Origin: a virus
Virus record (IMG/VR): IMGVR_UViG_3300025141_017118
Coordinates: 1 to 64,000 of that record
Reading direction: 5' to 3' (one strand)
Length of the DNA: 64,000 nt
Notes under the pieces: model-generated
Databases searched by the model: none
What the model was told of the DNA's origin: nothing
What the model saw: only the letters and a program-made list of their open reading frames with translations
Program-made: the position numbers and the translations under genes
In this document: piece after piece, positions 1 through 8,329 of the stretch
Layout: every line of letters begins with the position of its first letter
Numbering within the stretch: position 1 is the first letter of the stretch

Positions 1-114
1 CGGATTGGGCTTGGACATAGAATCATACTCAGCCATAAAACCATCGAAATCGGATGGGTTATTATCGTTTACTTCAGCCAACAACTCTCTCATGTATTCG
101 CGTAGTAGGTTCAT
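1..114 (-). CDS. Partial CDS running off the left edge; N-terminus MNLLREYMRELLAE (leader-motif protein)
   Basis: Manual translation from ATG at 114 gives MNLLREYMRELLAEVNDNNPSDFDGFMAEYDSMSKPNP with no stop. ATGA overlap with the stop of 111..608. Not in the ORF track. Confidence 0.8.
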   Translation of the reverse strand, partial: MNLLREYMRELLAEVNDNNPSDFDGFMAEYDSMSKPNP

Positions 115-608
115 TTCGGCCCCACGTAGACTACGTTACCGGATGATGGATAGTCCCTGGCCAATGATCTCCATACGCCTAAGGCACCTTTCGAGGTTGA
201 TCCGCCTGCACATACATCTGCGCCGATAAATGCGCCCCGGCGGCCTGCTTCTTGGCGGATGGTATCAATCAGGACTTTATACATCTTCTTTCCCCAGCCT
301 TGGCCCCGGAATGCTTGGTCAATTGCAGAATTACCTACCGCGAAAAGTTTAGGTCCTAATGATGGCCAGCGTGGGTCTTCGTAATCATACCCTTGTGCCC
401 TTAGCTTCTCTACGTCATCGGCACAGTATTTCCAGCGCGAAACTTCACGAGCTATGATGCTTCCCACCTTTTGCCCACTCATCATTAAGACAACAGATAT
501 ACCATTCCCATAATTCTGGACTTTCCATGTAACCCCGGGCCAATCGTCTTCTATTATTTCAGGGGCCTCGATCATGACTGACCTTATGTACTCGCGGAGT
601 AGATCCAT
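111..608 (-). CDS. GNAT-family acetyltransferase with leader MDLLREYIRSVMIE
   Basis: Acetyl-CoA binding motif A: AIDQAFRGQGWGKKMY; C-terminal S..ALGVWRSL helix typical of GNATs. Confidence 0.7.
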   Translation of the reverse strand: MDLLREYIRSVMIEAPEIIEDDWPGVTWKVQNYGNGISVVLMMSGQKVGSIIAREVSRWKYCADDVEKLRAQGYDYEDPRWPSLGPKLFAVGNSAIDQAFRGQGWGKKMYKVLIDTIRQEAGRRGAFIGADVCAGGSTSKGALGVWRSLARDYPSSGNVVYVGPK

Positions 609-910
609 TAGTCTTCCTCAAATACCTTGTCTAACCCTAGTAAAGACTTACACATGCTATACGAATAATGTAATTGTTCAAATGTTTTCCATACGTGCTC
701 TATGTTCACGGGACGAACCGACTTTGTTTTCCAATATTCTGGATCACTCTCTAAAGCAATATCTTCAGCCTCTGAGATAGACGTGGCGTTTATAAACTGA
801 ATGTGGCTCTTAAACTCAAAGTTTGATGTTCTCTCATATAGCTCAAATATATTTCCCTCTAACTCTTCGACAGTACCGAATAAATCCATTTGTATCACTA
901 ACCCTTTCAT
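608..910 (-). CDS. Hypothetical protein
   Basis: 100-aa ORF, stop overlaps the next start (TAATG), same strand as neighbours. Confidence 0.65.
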   Translation of the reverse strand: MKGLVIQMDLFGTVEELEGNIFELYERTSNFEFKSHIQFINATSISEAEDIALESDPEYWKTKSVRPVNIEHVWKTFEQLHYSYSMCKSLLGLDKVFEED

Positions 911-923
911 AATTTTAACCCGC

Positions 924-3011
924 CTATCTAACGTCCTCGGCTAGCAAACCTCTTATGTAAGTGCGTAGAACGCTTTCTTTCATAGAAGTCTTCTGCAGCC
1001 TGATCTCTACCGGTGATTGGCCGAATCCGTCAAAGGCACTTGTTATCTTGTACCCAAGAGCCTCAATACCCTCTACTTCTTTTGGGAATTGTGCCGTGAA
1101 CTTCTCAGGGTCCATAACACCCTTTTCAGATTTGAGCCCGGTATCAAATATTAGTTCTTCAACGCCCTCTTCTTTATAGCTTTCATCGAAGTACTTAAAT
1201 TCTCCGCCCATTGATTTGATGTGATCGATGAGTGGGCCGTGGTCCACCTGCATTTTTTCTTCGGCTTGTTTCCTTGCGCGGTCTACTTCACGGTTTTCGA
1301 CCTCGAAGATGTTGAACATTGCAACTTTTCCCTTGAGCGGGTCTAGTACTGTATCGAATAGGTCTTTGAATTTCTTTTCGTATTGTTGCGCTCGTTGATC
1401 GTGCTTAGAGCCGGGGTTCAATTCGATGATATCACCGTTCTTCATGCTAAGCTGTTCTGGAACACCGAGGACTAAGTCTCCATCGTTCTTCAGGTAGTCA
1501 GCAAAGATATCGCCGAATAGATCAAAATCACCGCTGGGTAGTTTAACGCCTGGAAACAAATCACTCAGTAAGATGTCAGGGTTTGATACACCAAGTCTGC
1601 GACCGGTATGTTTCATTGAATCTCGAACCTGTTCAGCTTCCATGGTTCCGCCGCCGTGAGACAGCCAAACTAGTTCCATCAGGTATTCTTTTATGAGAGA
1701 AGAGAATTTGTCTTTTTCTCTGCTTCCTCGGCGGGGGACTCCTTCAAGCATATGATGAAGATCGTGGGCCAGATAGTGAGGGTTAACGTCAGCAATAAAT
1801 GTGTCTGCGCCGGCAGGAACCTCAAAAGACTTGGGATAGACATAAAGAAGGTTGATTCCCTGTGGGTTCATCGCCCTCTGTATCTGGGGATATAACTTTC
1901 CGATGTTTGAAATGTCAGTAAGGGTGACTTGGCCTCGGCTTTTGAATCCGGATACTTTACCCTGTATTTCGTTTGGTAACCTGTATGCCCAACCTAGGTC
2001 ATCTGTATGGGCGACGTAGATGTTAACGCTCTGAGGAATTGCTTTAAAGTAGTTTGCGACCTCTTCTCGTACCATTACGTCATCATCGCTCTGTGTGAGA
2101 TACTCGAAATCGTCTAGCGGGACTTCCATAAGGAGCTGCCTTACATACGTACGCATTTCTTTAATATTGTTTTGCTTTGGCGACCATAGTTTGCTTCGCT
2201 CCGTATCGTAAATCGGAACGCCAAGATCTAGTGAGGTTAGCATAATCTCCTTCGTCACGCCTGCGGAAAAATGGTCAATGTCTTTAGCAGTATTGCCACT
2301 AGGGGCGCTGTGACCACCGGATATCAGCATCTCGGCCGTTTTGAGAATAGCATCTGCAATATCATCCTTTACGATGATAATCCCCCTAGGCCGCCAGTTA
2401 TCTATGAGCGCTTCATTGTTGGACTTAGTCTTGCTAGGATCCCATGTTGATTGATCTAAGATGTAAGGAATGCCGTCTCTTACCATCTTCTCCATATATT
2501 CATTTCCACGTTCAAGCTGTGCGTAGTTCTTGTAATTCTTAGACACAGTTGGGCGCTTGTTTCGGCCTGAAGATTTATCTCTGTGTGCAACTTCTTCTTC
2601 GGAACCCTCTGCACCCGGGCCGTAGTCTCCGTGGAACCCTGAGTACATATTGTCTTGCTCATTAGTCGCTAGGGTTATTCGTCCTTTGACCCATAGACCA
2701 TATGGGAGACCTGCTGCCGGATCAAAGACATCACCAGGAAGTGTCATTGTCACAGAGAGTTCATCTTTGCCACGCCCTTTCATAGCTTTAAGTCCATAGA
2801 AATCGCCGGTCCAGTGAACTGTGTCCAGAGTGCTAAGAAACTGATGGTCTGCGTTGGCGTTAAATGCACGCTTGATTTCTCGGCCGGCGTCTTTGCCTAT
2901 ATTGCCACCAAAGAACTGATCACCGAACTTATCAGATGCAGCAAGATCGTGAGCAAACCCCATCGGATCTTCTTTTAACAGCTCTTTCATATATTCCACT
3001 AATAACTTCAT
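924..3011 (-). CDS. Large hypothetical protein with three copies of the leader motif (possible polyprotein / internal head protein)
   Basis: Likely start ATG 3011 (ATGA overlap with the upstream stop). Motifs MKLLVEYMKELLKE, EMRTYVRQLLME and ESVLRTYIRGLLAE; degenerate metal motif AHDLHHMLE in the second half. Confidence 0.7.
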   Translation of the reverse strand: MKLLVEYMKELLKEDPMGFAHDLAASDKFGDQFFGGNIGKDAGREIKRAFNANADHQFLSTLDTVHWTGDFYGLKAMKGRGKDELSVTMTLPGDVFDPAAGLPYGLWVKGRITLATNEQDNMYSGFHGDYGPGAEGSEEEVAHRDKSSGRNKRPTVSKNYKNYAQLERGNEYMEKMVRDGIPYILDQSTWDPSKTKSNNEALIDNWRPRGIIIVKDDIADAILKTAEMLISGGHSAPSGNTAKDIDHFSAGVTKEIMLTSLDLGVPIYDTERSKLWSPKQNNIKEMRTYVRQLLMEVPLDDFEYLTQSDDDVMVREEVANYFKAIPQSVNIYVAHTDDLGWAYRLPNEIQGKVSGFKSRGQVTLTDISNIGKLYPQIQRAMNPQGINLLYVYPKSFEVPAGADTFIADVNPHYLAHDLHHMLEGVPRRGSREKDKFSSLIKEYLMELVWLSHGGGTMEAEQVRDSMKHTGRRLGVSNPDILLSDLFPGVKLPSGDFDLFGDIFADYLKNDGDLVLGVPEQLSMKNGDIIELNPGSKHDQRAQQYEKKFKDLFDTVLDPLKGKVAMFNIFEVENREVDRARKQAEEKMQVDHGPLIDHIKSMGGEFKYFDESYKEEGVEELIFDTGLKSEKGVMDPEKFTAQFPKEVEGIEALGYKITSAFDGFGQSPVEIRLQKTSMKESVLRTYIRGLLAEDVR

Positions 3012-3865
3012 CTGTAGCAAGACTCATTTTTTTGGTTATATTTTTTCATTTTCTCAACCTGTGCATATGTTTTTCCTAAAAACTTTCTGGTCGCCGGATC
3101 AGAGGGACCTAGGACTTCAAAATAATGCTGAATTGCATTCGGCATTTTAGAGTCTGACATGTCCCCCTTGCCTCTCAATATGTCACGAATTTGTGTGTCA
3201 TCAAATACGGCCAAAAGCTCTTCAGCAGCATCATGAGCATGGGCATCAATCTCGATGTGGGAGCTTAAATACTTCTTTTGCCACTCAGGATCTGATGAAT
3301 CACCCTGTGGAATCTGGCTCGGGTCATTCAACATTTCATCGAACGTGTCTAAATCACTTAACCCTTTATTTGCAGCCTGCTTTTTCATTTGTGTATAATG
3401 AACTAGTTCATGGCGCACCGTCTGTGCAATGTGTCTCATAAGGGCGTTGGGATTAATATCGGCAACATCGAAGCCGTTGTCTTCATCACTTAACATTAAC
3501 CATAGGTCAATCGTATTCCTACCAGGCCGATCTTTAGATACATACCAATTGGCGTCTATAAGCCACCGGTTTGGGTATGCGGGGTGCTGTGGGTGTAAAG
3601 TATAGTCAGGATCAGCGGTAAAATATGAACCCACCATCACATCAATATCTAAGCCAAGATCATCAAAAACTTTAGATAAAGCGCTTTCCAGCGCACTAGC
3701 TGCAGGTGTTTTTCCGGGACCATCGGCATCTGGATCATCCTCCTCATCATTAGGGTACGTCCAGAAGGTAGAACCAAGTATCGCAGAGTCTATAGACGAA
3801 AAATAGCTTGAAGGCAATTCACTGACCTCATTTAAAATTTCAGCTATGTATTCGTTTAATAACAC
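3008..3865 (-). CDS. HExxH (zincin-like) putative metallopeptidase with leader MLLNEYIAEILNE
   Basis: GGAG RBS before GTG at 3865; VRHELVHYTQ plus downstream HIEIDAHA supplying a candidate third ligand. Confidence 0.6.
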   Translation of the reverse strand: MLLNEYIAEILNEVSELPSSYFSSIDSAILGSTFWTYPNDEEDDPDADGPGKTPAASALESALSKVFDDLGLDIDVMVGSYFTADPDYTLHPQHPAYPNRWLIDANWYVSKDRPGRNTIDLWLMLSDEDNGFDVADINPNALMRHIAQTVRHELVHYTQMKKQAANKGLSDLDTFDEMLNDPSQIPQGDSSDPEWQKKYLSSHIEIDAHAHDAAEELLAVFDDTQIRDILRGKGDMSDSKMPNAIQHYFEVLGPSDPATRKFLGKTYAQVEKMKKYNQKNESCYR

Positions 3866-3890
3866 ATTTAGTCTCCAACCCAAATAAACA

Positions 3891-4163
3891 CTAAAACGTG
3901 GAACTAGTTAATTGATCCATCGTCTTTGTAAGAAGATCGCCCTTATCCCAACTTTTTCCATTATTAGTACATTTATAGGTTACCGTCTTACCCTTGTCAT
4001 CAGGCAAGCTACCTACCCTAACAACAACACCTTCACTCTCATAATGCTTGCAGCCGGGATTATTGTTGGTGACTGAATCACCCACGGTGGGCTCGTCATG
4101 ATGGCTTACGAAATTTTCACGAAGGATCTCATAAACATAAGATCGAATAATTTTTTTATGCAT
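3891..4163 (-). CDS. Small hypothetical protein (SH3/KOW-like pattern) with leader IIRSYVYEILRE
   Basis: VGDSVTN...EGVVVRV beta pattern after the leader. Confidence 0.55.
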   Translation of the reverse strand: MHKKIIRSYVYEILRENFVSHHDEPTVGDSVTNNNPGCKHYESEGVVVRVGSLPDDKGKTVTYKCTNNGKSWDKGDLLTKTMDQLTSSTF

Positions 4164-4566
4164 TCTTTCTTACCTTTGGTGTATAGTTGCGGATGTGATA
4201 TTTTCGCCAGGACCACAGTTCTCTTTTCTCTAAATACGTTCTCTTTTTTTCATTGGCATATGCCTCCTGTTCAAATGGATTTGCACGATAAGCATCTTTG
4301 GCATTTCGATGAATTACTAAACCGATGATCCAAAAAACTGCATATAGAATCCACTGAAATACTAATAAGAGCTCCAGCTGTTGCTGGAAATGTATCGTCT
4401 CATGGCGTCGTGTTGTCTTGTTAATGGTGCCTCTACAAAACACCCAAAAAGCAAAACTTATCGCACCGATCACAATAGGTGCAATTTTTGTTAAAATAAC
4501 GGGTACCCTGCTATTTTCTACAAAGACAGGCTCCCACATTCTTATCCTCTTTGGAAACTGTATCAT
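4156..4566 (-). CDS. HExxH putative metallopeptidase with hydrophobic segments
   Basis: GGAGG RBS before ATG 4566; RHETIHFQQ and NPFEQEAY motifs. Confidence 0.6.
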   Translation of the reverse strand: MIQFPKRIRMWEPVFVENSRVPVILTKIAPIVIGAISFAFWVFCRGTINKTTRRHETIHFQQQLELLLVFQWILYAVFWIIGLVIHRNAKDAYRANPFEQEAYANEKKRTYLEKRELWSWRKYHIRNYTPKVRKNA

Positions 4567-4597
4567 AAAACAAACCTCCAAGGATTAAATATCATCT

Positions 4598-5305
4598 CTA
4601 TTTGGAATTATGACGTATTTCTTTGTAGGCGGTGACGGTAAGCGGCCACAGGTCTTGAGCTATCTGCATGCATGCATTAGCTAATTGCCTAATTTCCCAT
4701 TGGGCACCCTCATGGGTACGAAGCTCAATAAACTTTAAAAGATTGTTCAGGTTGGTGGTACCATAATATTCCGTGTACAAATTTTGTGGAAGAGCGCCGC
4801 GCGCTTGCTCACGAGAAATACCCGAATCAATAAGCTTATTATACACAAGCAAAGATGCCTGGTGATGTTCTTTTAGAAATTGCGACGCCTTATGCACGTC
4901 ACCATCCTTCGGCGTGTGTACCGTGGGATTGATGAGCTCATCGGTGCTAGCCTGCCTGTTCGACTTGCTTTGCATTCGAAACCCTGTTGGTTCATAAAAT
5001 CGTATTTTCTCTGCCGTATAACGTCGTGAGATCTCATTATAGCTCCAAGTGCGATGGCGGTGATGCTGACTACGAATGAAAAGAGGTACAATAAAGCGAA
5101 ATGTGACATTGTTATGCTCCAATGTTGATGTATGCTTATGTCTGATTAAGTATCTTATTAGTTTTAAATCTTTATTATCAAGCTCTTTTTTTTCTTTTCC
5201 GAATGACACACGAGCCGAATTGACCACCGTTATATCTTCACCCATATGTTGTACATACTCAACCGCGCCGATTCCATCATCATAAAGTTCAATTCTTTTT
5301 TTCAC
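4598..5305 (-). CDS. thyX: Flavin-dependent thymidylate synthase ThyX
   Basis: ThyX signature RHRTWSYNEISRRY; SARVS, HTSTLEH, REQARGALP, AQWEIR. Confidence 0.95.
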   Translation of the reverse strand: MKKRIELYDDGIGAVEYVQHMGEDITVVNSARVSFGKEKKELDNKDLKLIRYLIRHKHTSTLEHNNVTFRFIVPLFIRSQHHRHRTWSYNEISRRYTAEKIRFYEPTGFRMQSKSNRQASTDELINPTVHTPKDGDVHKASQFLKEHHQASLLVYNKLIDSGISREQARGALPQNLYTEYYGTTNLNNLLKFIELRTHEGAQWEIRQLANACMQIAQDLWPLTVTAYKEIRHNSK

Positions 5306-6190
5306 CTAGCACCCCGGGGGAAAAAGACCTGTGATTTTAAATACACTATTACCAATTTGGCCATGAGTCCAGTATTTTCTATTCAAAACTTGATAACGCA
5401 CATCAGCCGTAGGCAAAGATTTACTGCGCTTGATTCTCTTTATTAATCGCTGAGCATTTTTGTGGGGCTTATCCCATTTTCTCACTAAGATATGCAACTC
5501 TGTATCAGTATCTTTGATGCATCCTTTCCATGCGGAGTCAAGCCAGTGTCCATAGCTTGCGTCAGACCAGATTATTGCCTCTGGCTGCAGACGGCATATA
5601 CCACCTTCTTTAGCAGCGGACATTATGGCACTACCACCAGCGGAGTGTCCTACAAATATTATACGAACTGATCCTAGTTTCACGCCATGTGTATCGAGCG
5701 CCCATATACGCAAGCGACCCTTTACACTAGCAATATATCTCTCCAGTTCACCGGGGCGTCTCCAGATCTGGCCTTGTCTTTTTCGAGGTGTGGAGGTATT
5801 AACTGACCAGGGCATTTCAGGTATTGCAACAGCAACCGAGTGGCCGTCTTCAACTATATTTTCAATCTGAGGGATTATTCTTTTCTCAAGCGTACGTTTC
5901 CCAAACCCCCCGAGGCCGTGAAACCAAACTACCAATGTTATATCATCCGGTATAGCAGAGTCTGGTACCATCAGAATGGAATCCCTGCTACCATTCCTAT
6001 GCTTTCTATCAGGTGCCCCTAAGCTCCAGACCCAAGAAATAGAGTCAAATGATGTATTACTCGCTGCCTCTTTCCAGACGGACAGGGTAGGTTTGTAAAC
6101 ATTGACACCGGTGTTCACTTTTATTTTTGCCGATGTCGGTGAAGCTGTTCCGAAAATAAAACATATAAGAAATATCTTAAGGACGGTCAT
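5306..6190 (-). CDS. Secreted alpha/beta hydrolase
   Basis: N-terminal signal-peptide-like segment; WFHGLGG oxyanion motif; GHSAGG nucleophile elbow; C-terminal His (THG). Confidence 0.7.
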   Translation of the reverse strand: MTVLKIFLICFIFGTASPTSAKIKVNTGVNVYKPTLSVWKEAASNTSFDSISWVWSLGAPDRKHRNGSRDSILMVPDSAIPDDITLVVWFHGLGGFGKRTLEKRIIPQIENIVEDGHSVAVAIPEMPWSVNTSTPRKRQGQIWRRPGELERYIASVKGRLRIWALDTHGVKLGSVRIIFVGHSAGGSAIMSAAKEGGICRLQPEAIIWSDASYGHWLDSAWKGCIKDTDTELHILVRKWDKPHKNAQRLIKRIKRSKSLPTADVRYQVLNRKYWTHGQIGNSVFKITGLFPPGC

Positions 6191-6581
6191 CCTTCACACC
6201 TCTGCCATACCACCGAGCATTCCTTCCACGTACATCATAGTGAGTAAAAGTACGATACAGGCCAATTCCACCCTTCATCATTTTTCCATCTTTGATAAGC
6301 ATTATGATGGTATCCTTCACCTCTTTGGGAGTCATACCGGTGATCTTTATATCTGCAGCCTTGGCTACCATATGTTGACTTCTTTTGGCTCCACCGATTC
6401 TGCGATTGTATTTTGGAGATCGATAACCGCTAATCACGCGAATTGGTTTGCCTATATACTCTCTTAAAACCTGTAAGTTCTCACAAAGAAGCTTTACATT
6501 ATCCATGAGATCATCCGGTACAGCAGTACCGTCTTTGCACTTAAACTCCCATAAACTAAAATTCTTTGATAATTTGCTCAT
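6177..6581 (-). CDS. Peptidase M15A (YcbK/D-Ala-D-Ala carboxypeptidase-like), candidate endolysin
   Basis: LSKNFSLWEF, SGYRSPKYN, SQHM..KAADI, GGIGLY..FTHYDVR. Confidence 0.88.
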   Translation of the reverse strand: MSKLSKNFSLWEFKCKDGTAVPDDLMDNVKLLCENLQVLREYIGKPIRVISGYRSPKYNRRIGGAKRSQHMVAKAADIKITGMTPKEVKDTIIMLIKDGKMMKGGIGLYRTFTHYDVRGRNARWYGRGVKDDRP

Positions 6582-6608
6582 GCTTACCTCTTTGTGTGAA
6601 AGTAAATG

Positions 6609-6812
6609 CTAGGGCTCTACAGGATTTGCAAATATAAGTTTGCACATCATACTTTTGTCGTCCCACTTGCTAGTGTGCCACTCAAAAATTACAGTTGTAC
6701 CAGCTGTACAACGTTCTGACACATCTGGATCCTGAATCAGTTCCTTCACCAGGATATCCTTTATCTGCTTTTCTGTTAGTGTTACCGTAGTGGCGATACG
6801 AGCCTCTTTCAT
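6609..6812 (-). CDS. Hypothetical protein
   Basis: 67-aa ORF in the operon-like array. Confidence 0.55.
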   Translation of the reverse strand: MKEARIATTVTLTEKQIKDILVKELIQDPDVSERCTAGTTVIFEWHTSKWDDKSMMCKLIFANPVEP

Positions 6813-6824
6813 TACAAAGCGCCC

Positions 6825-7013
6825 CTAGTTAAACTCTACATGGCCTGTGCGGGACACAACGTCCTCGAGGCTTTTAATTATTGTCATTAATGTAACAGCA
6901 ACATCCTGCTGTTTTATCATTGATGAAGGCTCATTTTTTCCGTCTAAGCTTTCAAAAGCATTAATCGTATATTTTCTGAGCTCTAATAGCATAGTTGTTT
7001 CATCTTTCTTCAT
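6825..7013 (-). CDS. Hypothetical protein
   Basis: GGAG RBS before ATG 7013. Confidence 0.55.
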   Translation of the reverse strand: MKKDETTMLLELRKYTINAFESLDGKNEPSSMIKQQDVAVTLMTIIKSLEDVVSRTGHVEFN

Positions 7014-7078
7014 TCTAATCTCCAATTGTTATATTAAATGTTTAACACAAAGTACAGGCCATAGTAAAATATTTCGCA

Positions 7079-8317
7079 CTAAAATTGTTCGGCCTCAGTG
7101 GACTCTTCCAACGCTAACGTTGATATATCACCCGCAGAAATTGTTTGAGCAACTGCATCAAAGTATCCAGTACCAACCTCTCGCTGGTGTTTTGTTGCTG
7201 TATACCCACGGGACTCAGCTCCAAACTCTTTTTCTTGAAGCTCAGCATACGCAGACATGTCGCGACCTTCATAATCCTGTGCTAATTCAAACATGTGATA
7301 ATTCAAGTTATGAAAGCCGGCTAAGGTTATAAATTGAAACTTGTAACCCATGGCCCCCAGCTCACGTTGAAATTTTGCGATGGTCTCATCATCTAGATTC
7401 TTCTTCCAGTTAAAACTGGGAGAGCAATTATAGGCCAAGAACTTGCCTGGAAACTTCTCATGAATTGCCTCTGCAAACTCTCTTGCCTCGTCTAAGTCTG
7501 GCTTACCTGTTTCACACCAAAGAAGGTCCGCATAGGGGGCATATCGAAGGCCTCTGGATATCGCCATCTGTAATCCACCGGTTATCCTATGAAAGCCCTC
7601 ACTAGTGCGCTCAGATGATGTTATGAATGGCTTGTCTTCATCGTCAATATCCGATGTCATTAATCTTGCGCTGTTGGCATCAGTACGGGCGATTAAAACA
7701 GTCTCCGTCCCCATTACGTCAGCTGCTAGTCGCGCAGCAACAAGCTTCTTAATAAACTCAGTTCCGGGTACCAAAACCTTCCCACCCAGATGACCACACT
7801 TCTTTGCAGAACTAAGCTGATCTTCAAAATGCACGCCGGCAGCGCCGGCGCGGATCATCGCCTTCATAAGCTCAAACGCATTCAGGGATCCCCCGAATCC
7901 CGCCTCTGCATCTGCAACAAGCGGAACAAACCAGTCACGAACTTTCTGGGCATCATTCTCAACCCACTCGATCTGATCTGCACGGCGGAGAGAATTATTG
8001 ATCTTCTGTACAAGCATAGGGACACTATGCACTGCGTATAGGCTCTGATCAGGATACATTTCGTGAGAATCATTTGCATCGGCCGCGACTTGCCATCCGG
8101 AACAATATATCGCGGGGACTCCACCCTTTACCATTTGCATGGCCTGGTTCCCTGTTACGGCACCCATCGCGTGCACATAATCCTTTTCGTTTAAAAGGTG
8201 CCATAACTTCGTGGAAGACTTCTCTGCGAGTGTATACGTCTCAGGAAGTGAGCCTCTCAGCCTGGTTACATCTTTTTCGTCATAGGGCCGTACTATTCCC
8301 TCCCAACGATTTTTCAT
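7079..8317 (-). CDS. aceA: Isocitrate lyase
   Basis: KKCGH catalytic signature; [51 protein letters not shown]. Confidence 0.97.
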   Translation of the reverse strand: MKNRWEGIVRPYDEKDVTRLRGSLPETYTLAEKSSTKLWHLLNEKDYVHAMGAVTGNQAMQMVKGGVPAIYCSGWQVAADANDSHEMYPDQSLYAVHSVPMLVQKINNSLRRADQIEWVENDAQKVRDWFVPLVADAEAGFGGSLNAFELMKAMIRAGAAGVHFEDQLSSAKKCGHLGGKVLVPGTEFIKKLVAARLAADVMGTETVLIARTDANSARLMTSDIDDEDKPFITSSERTSEGFHRITGGLQMAISRGLRYAPYADLLWCETGKPDLDEAREFAEAIHEKFPGKFLAYNCSPSFNWKKNLDDETIAKFQRELGAMGYKFQFITLAGFHNLNYHMFELAQDYEGRDMSAYAELQEKEFGAESRGYTATKHQREVGTGYFDAVAQTISAGDISTLALEESTEAEQF

Positions 8318-8329
8318 TTAAATTTCTCC

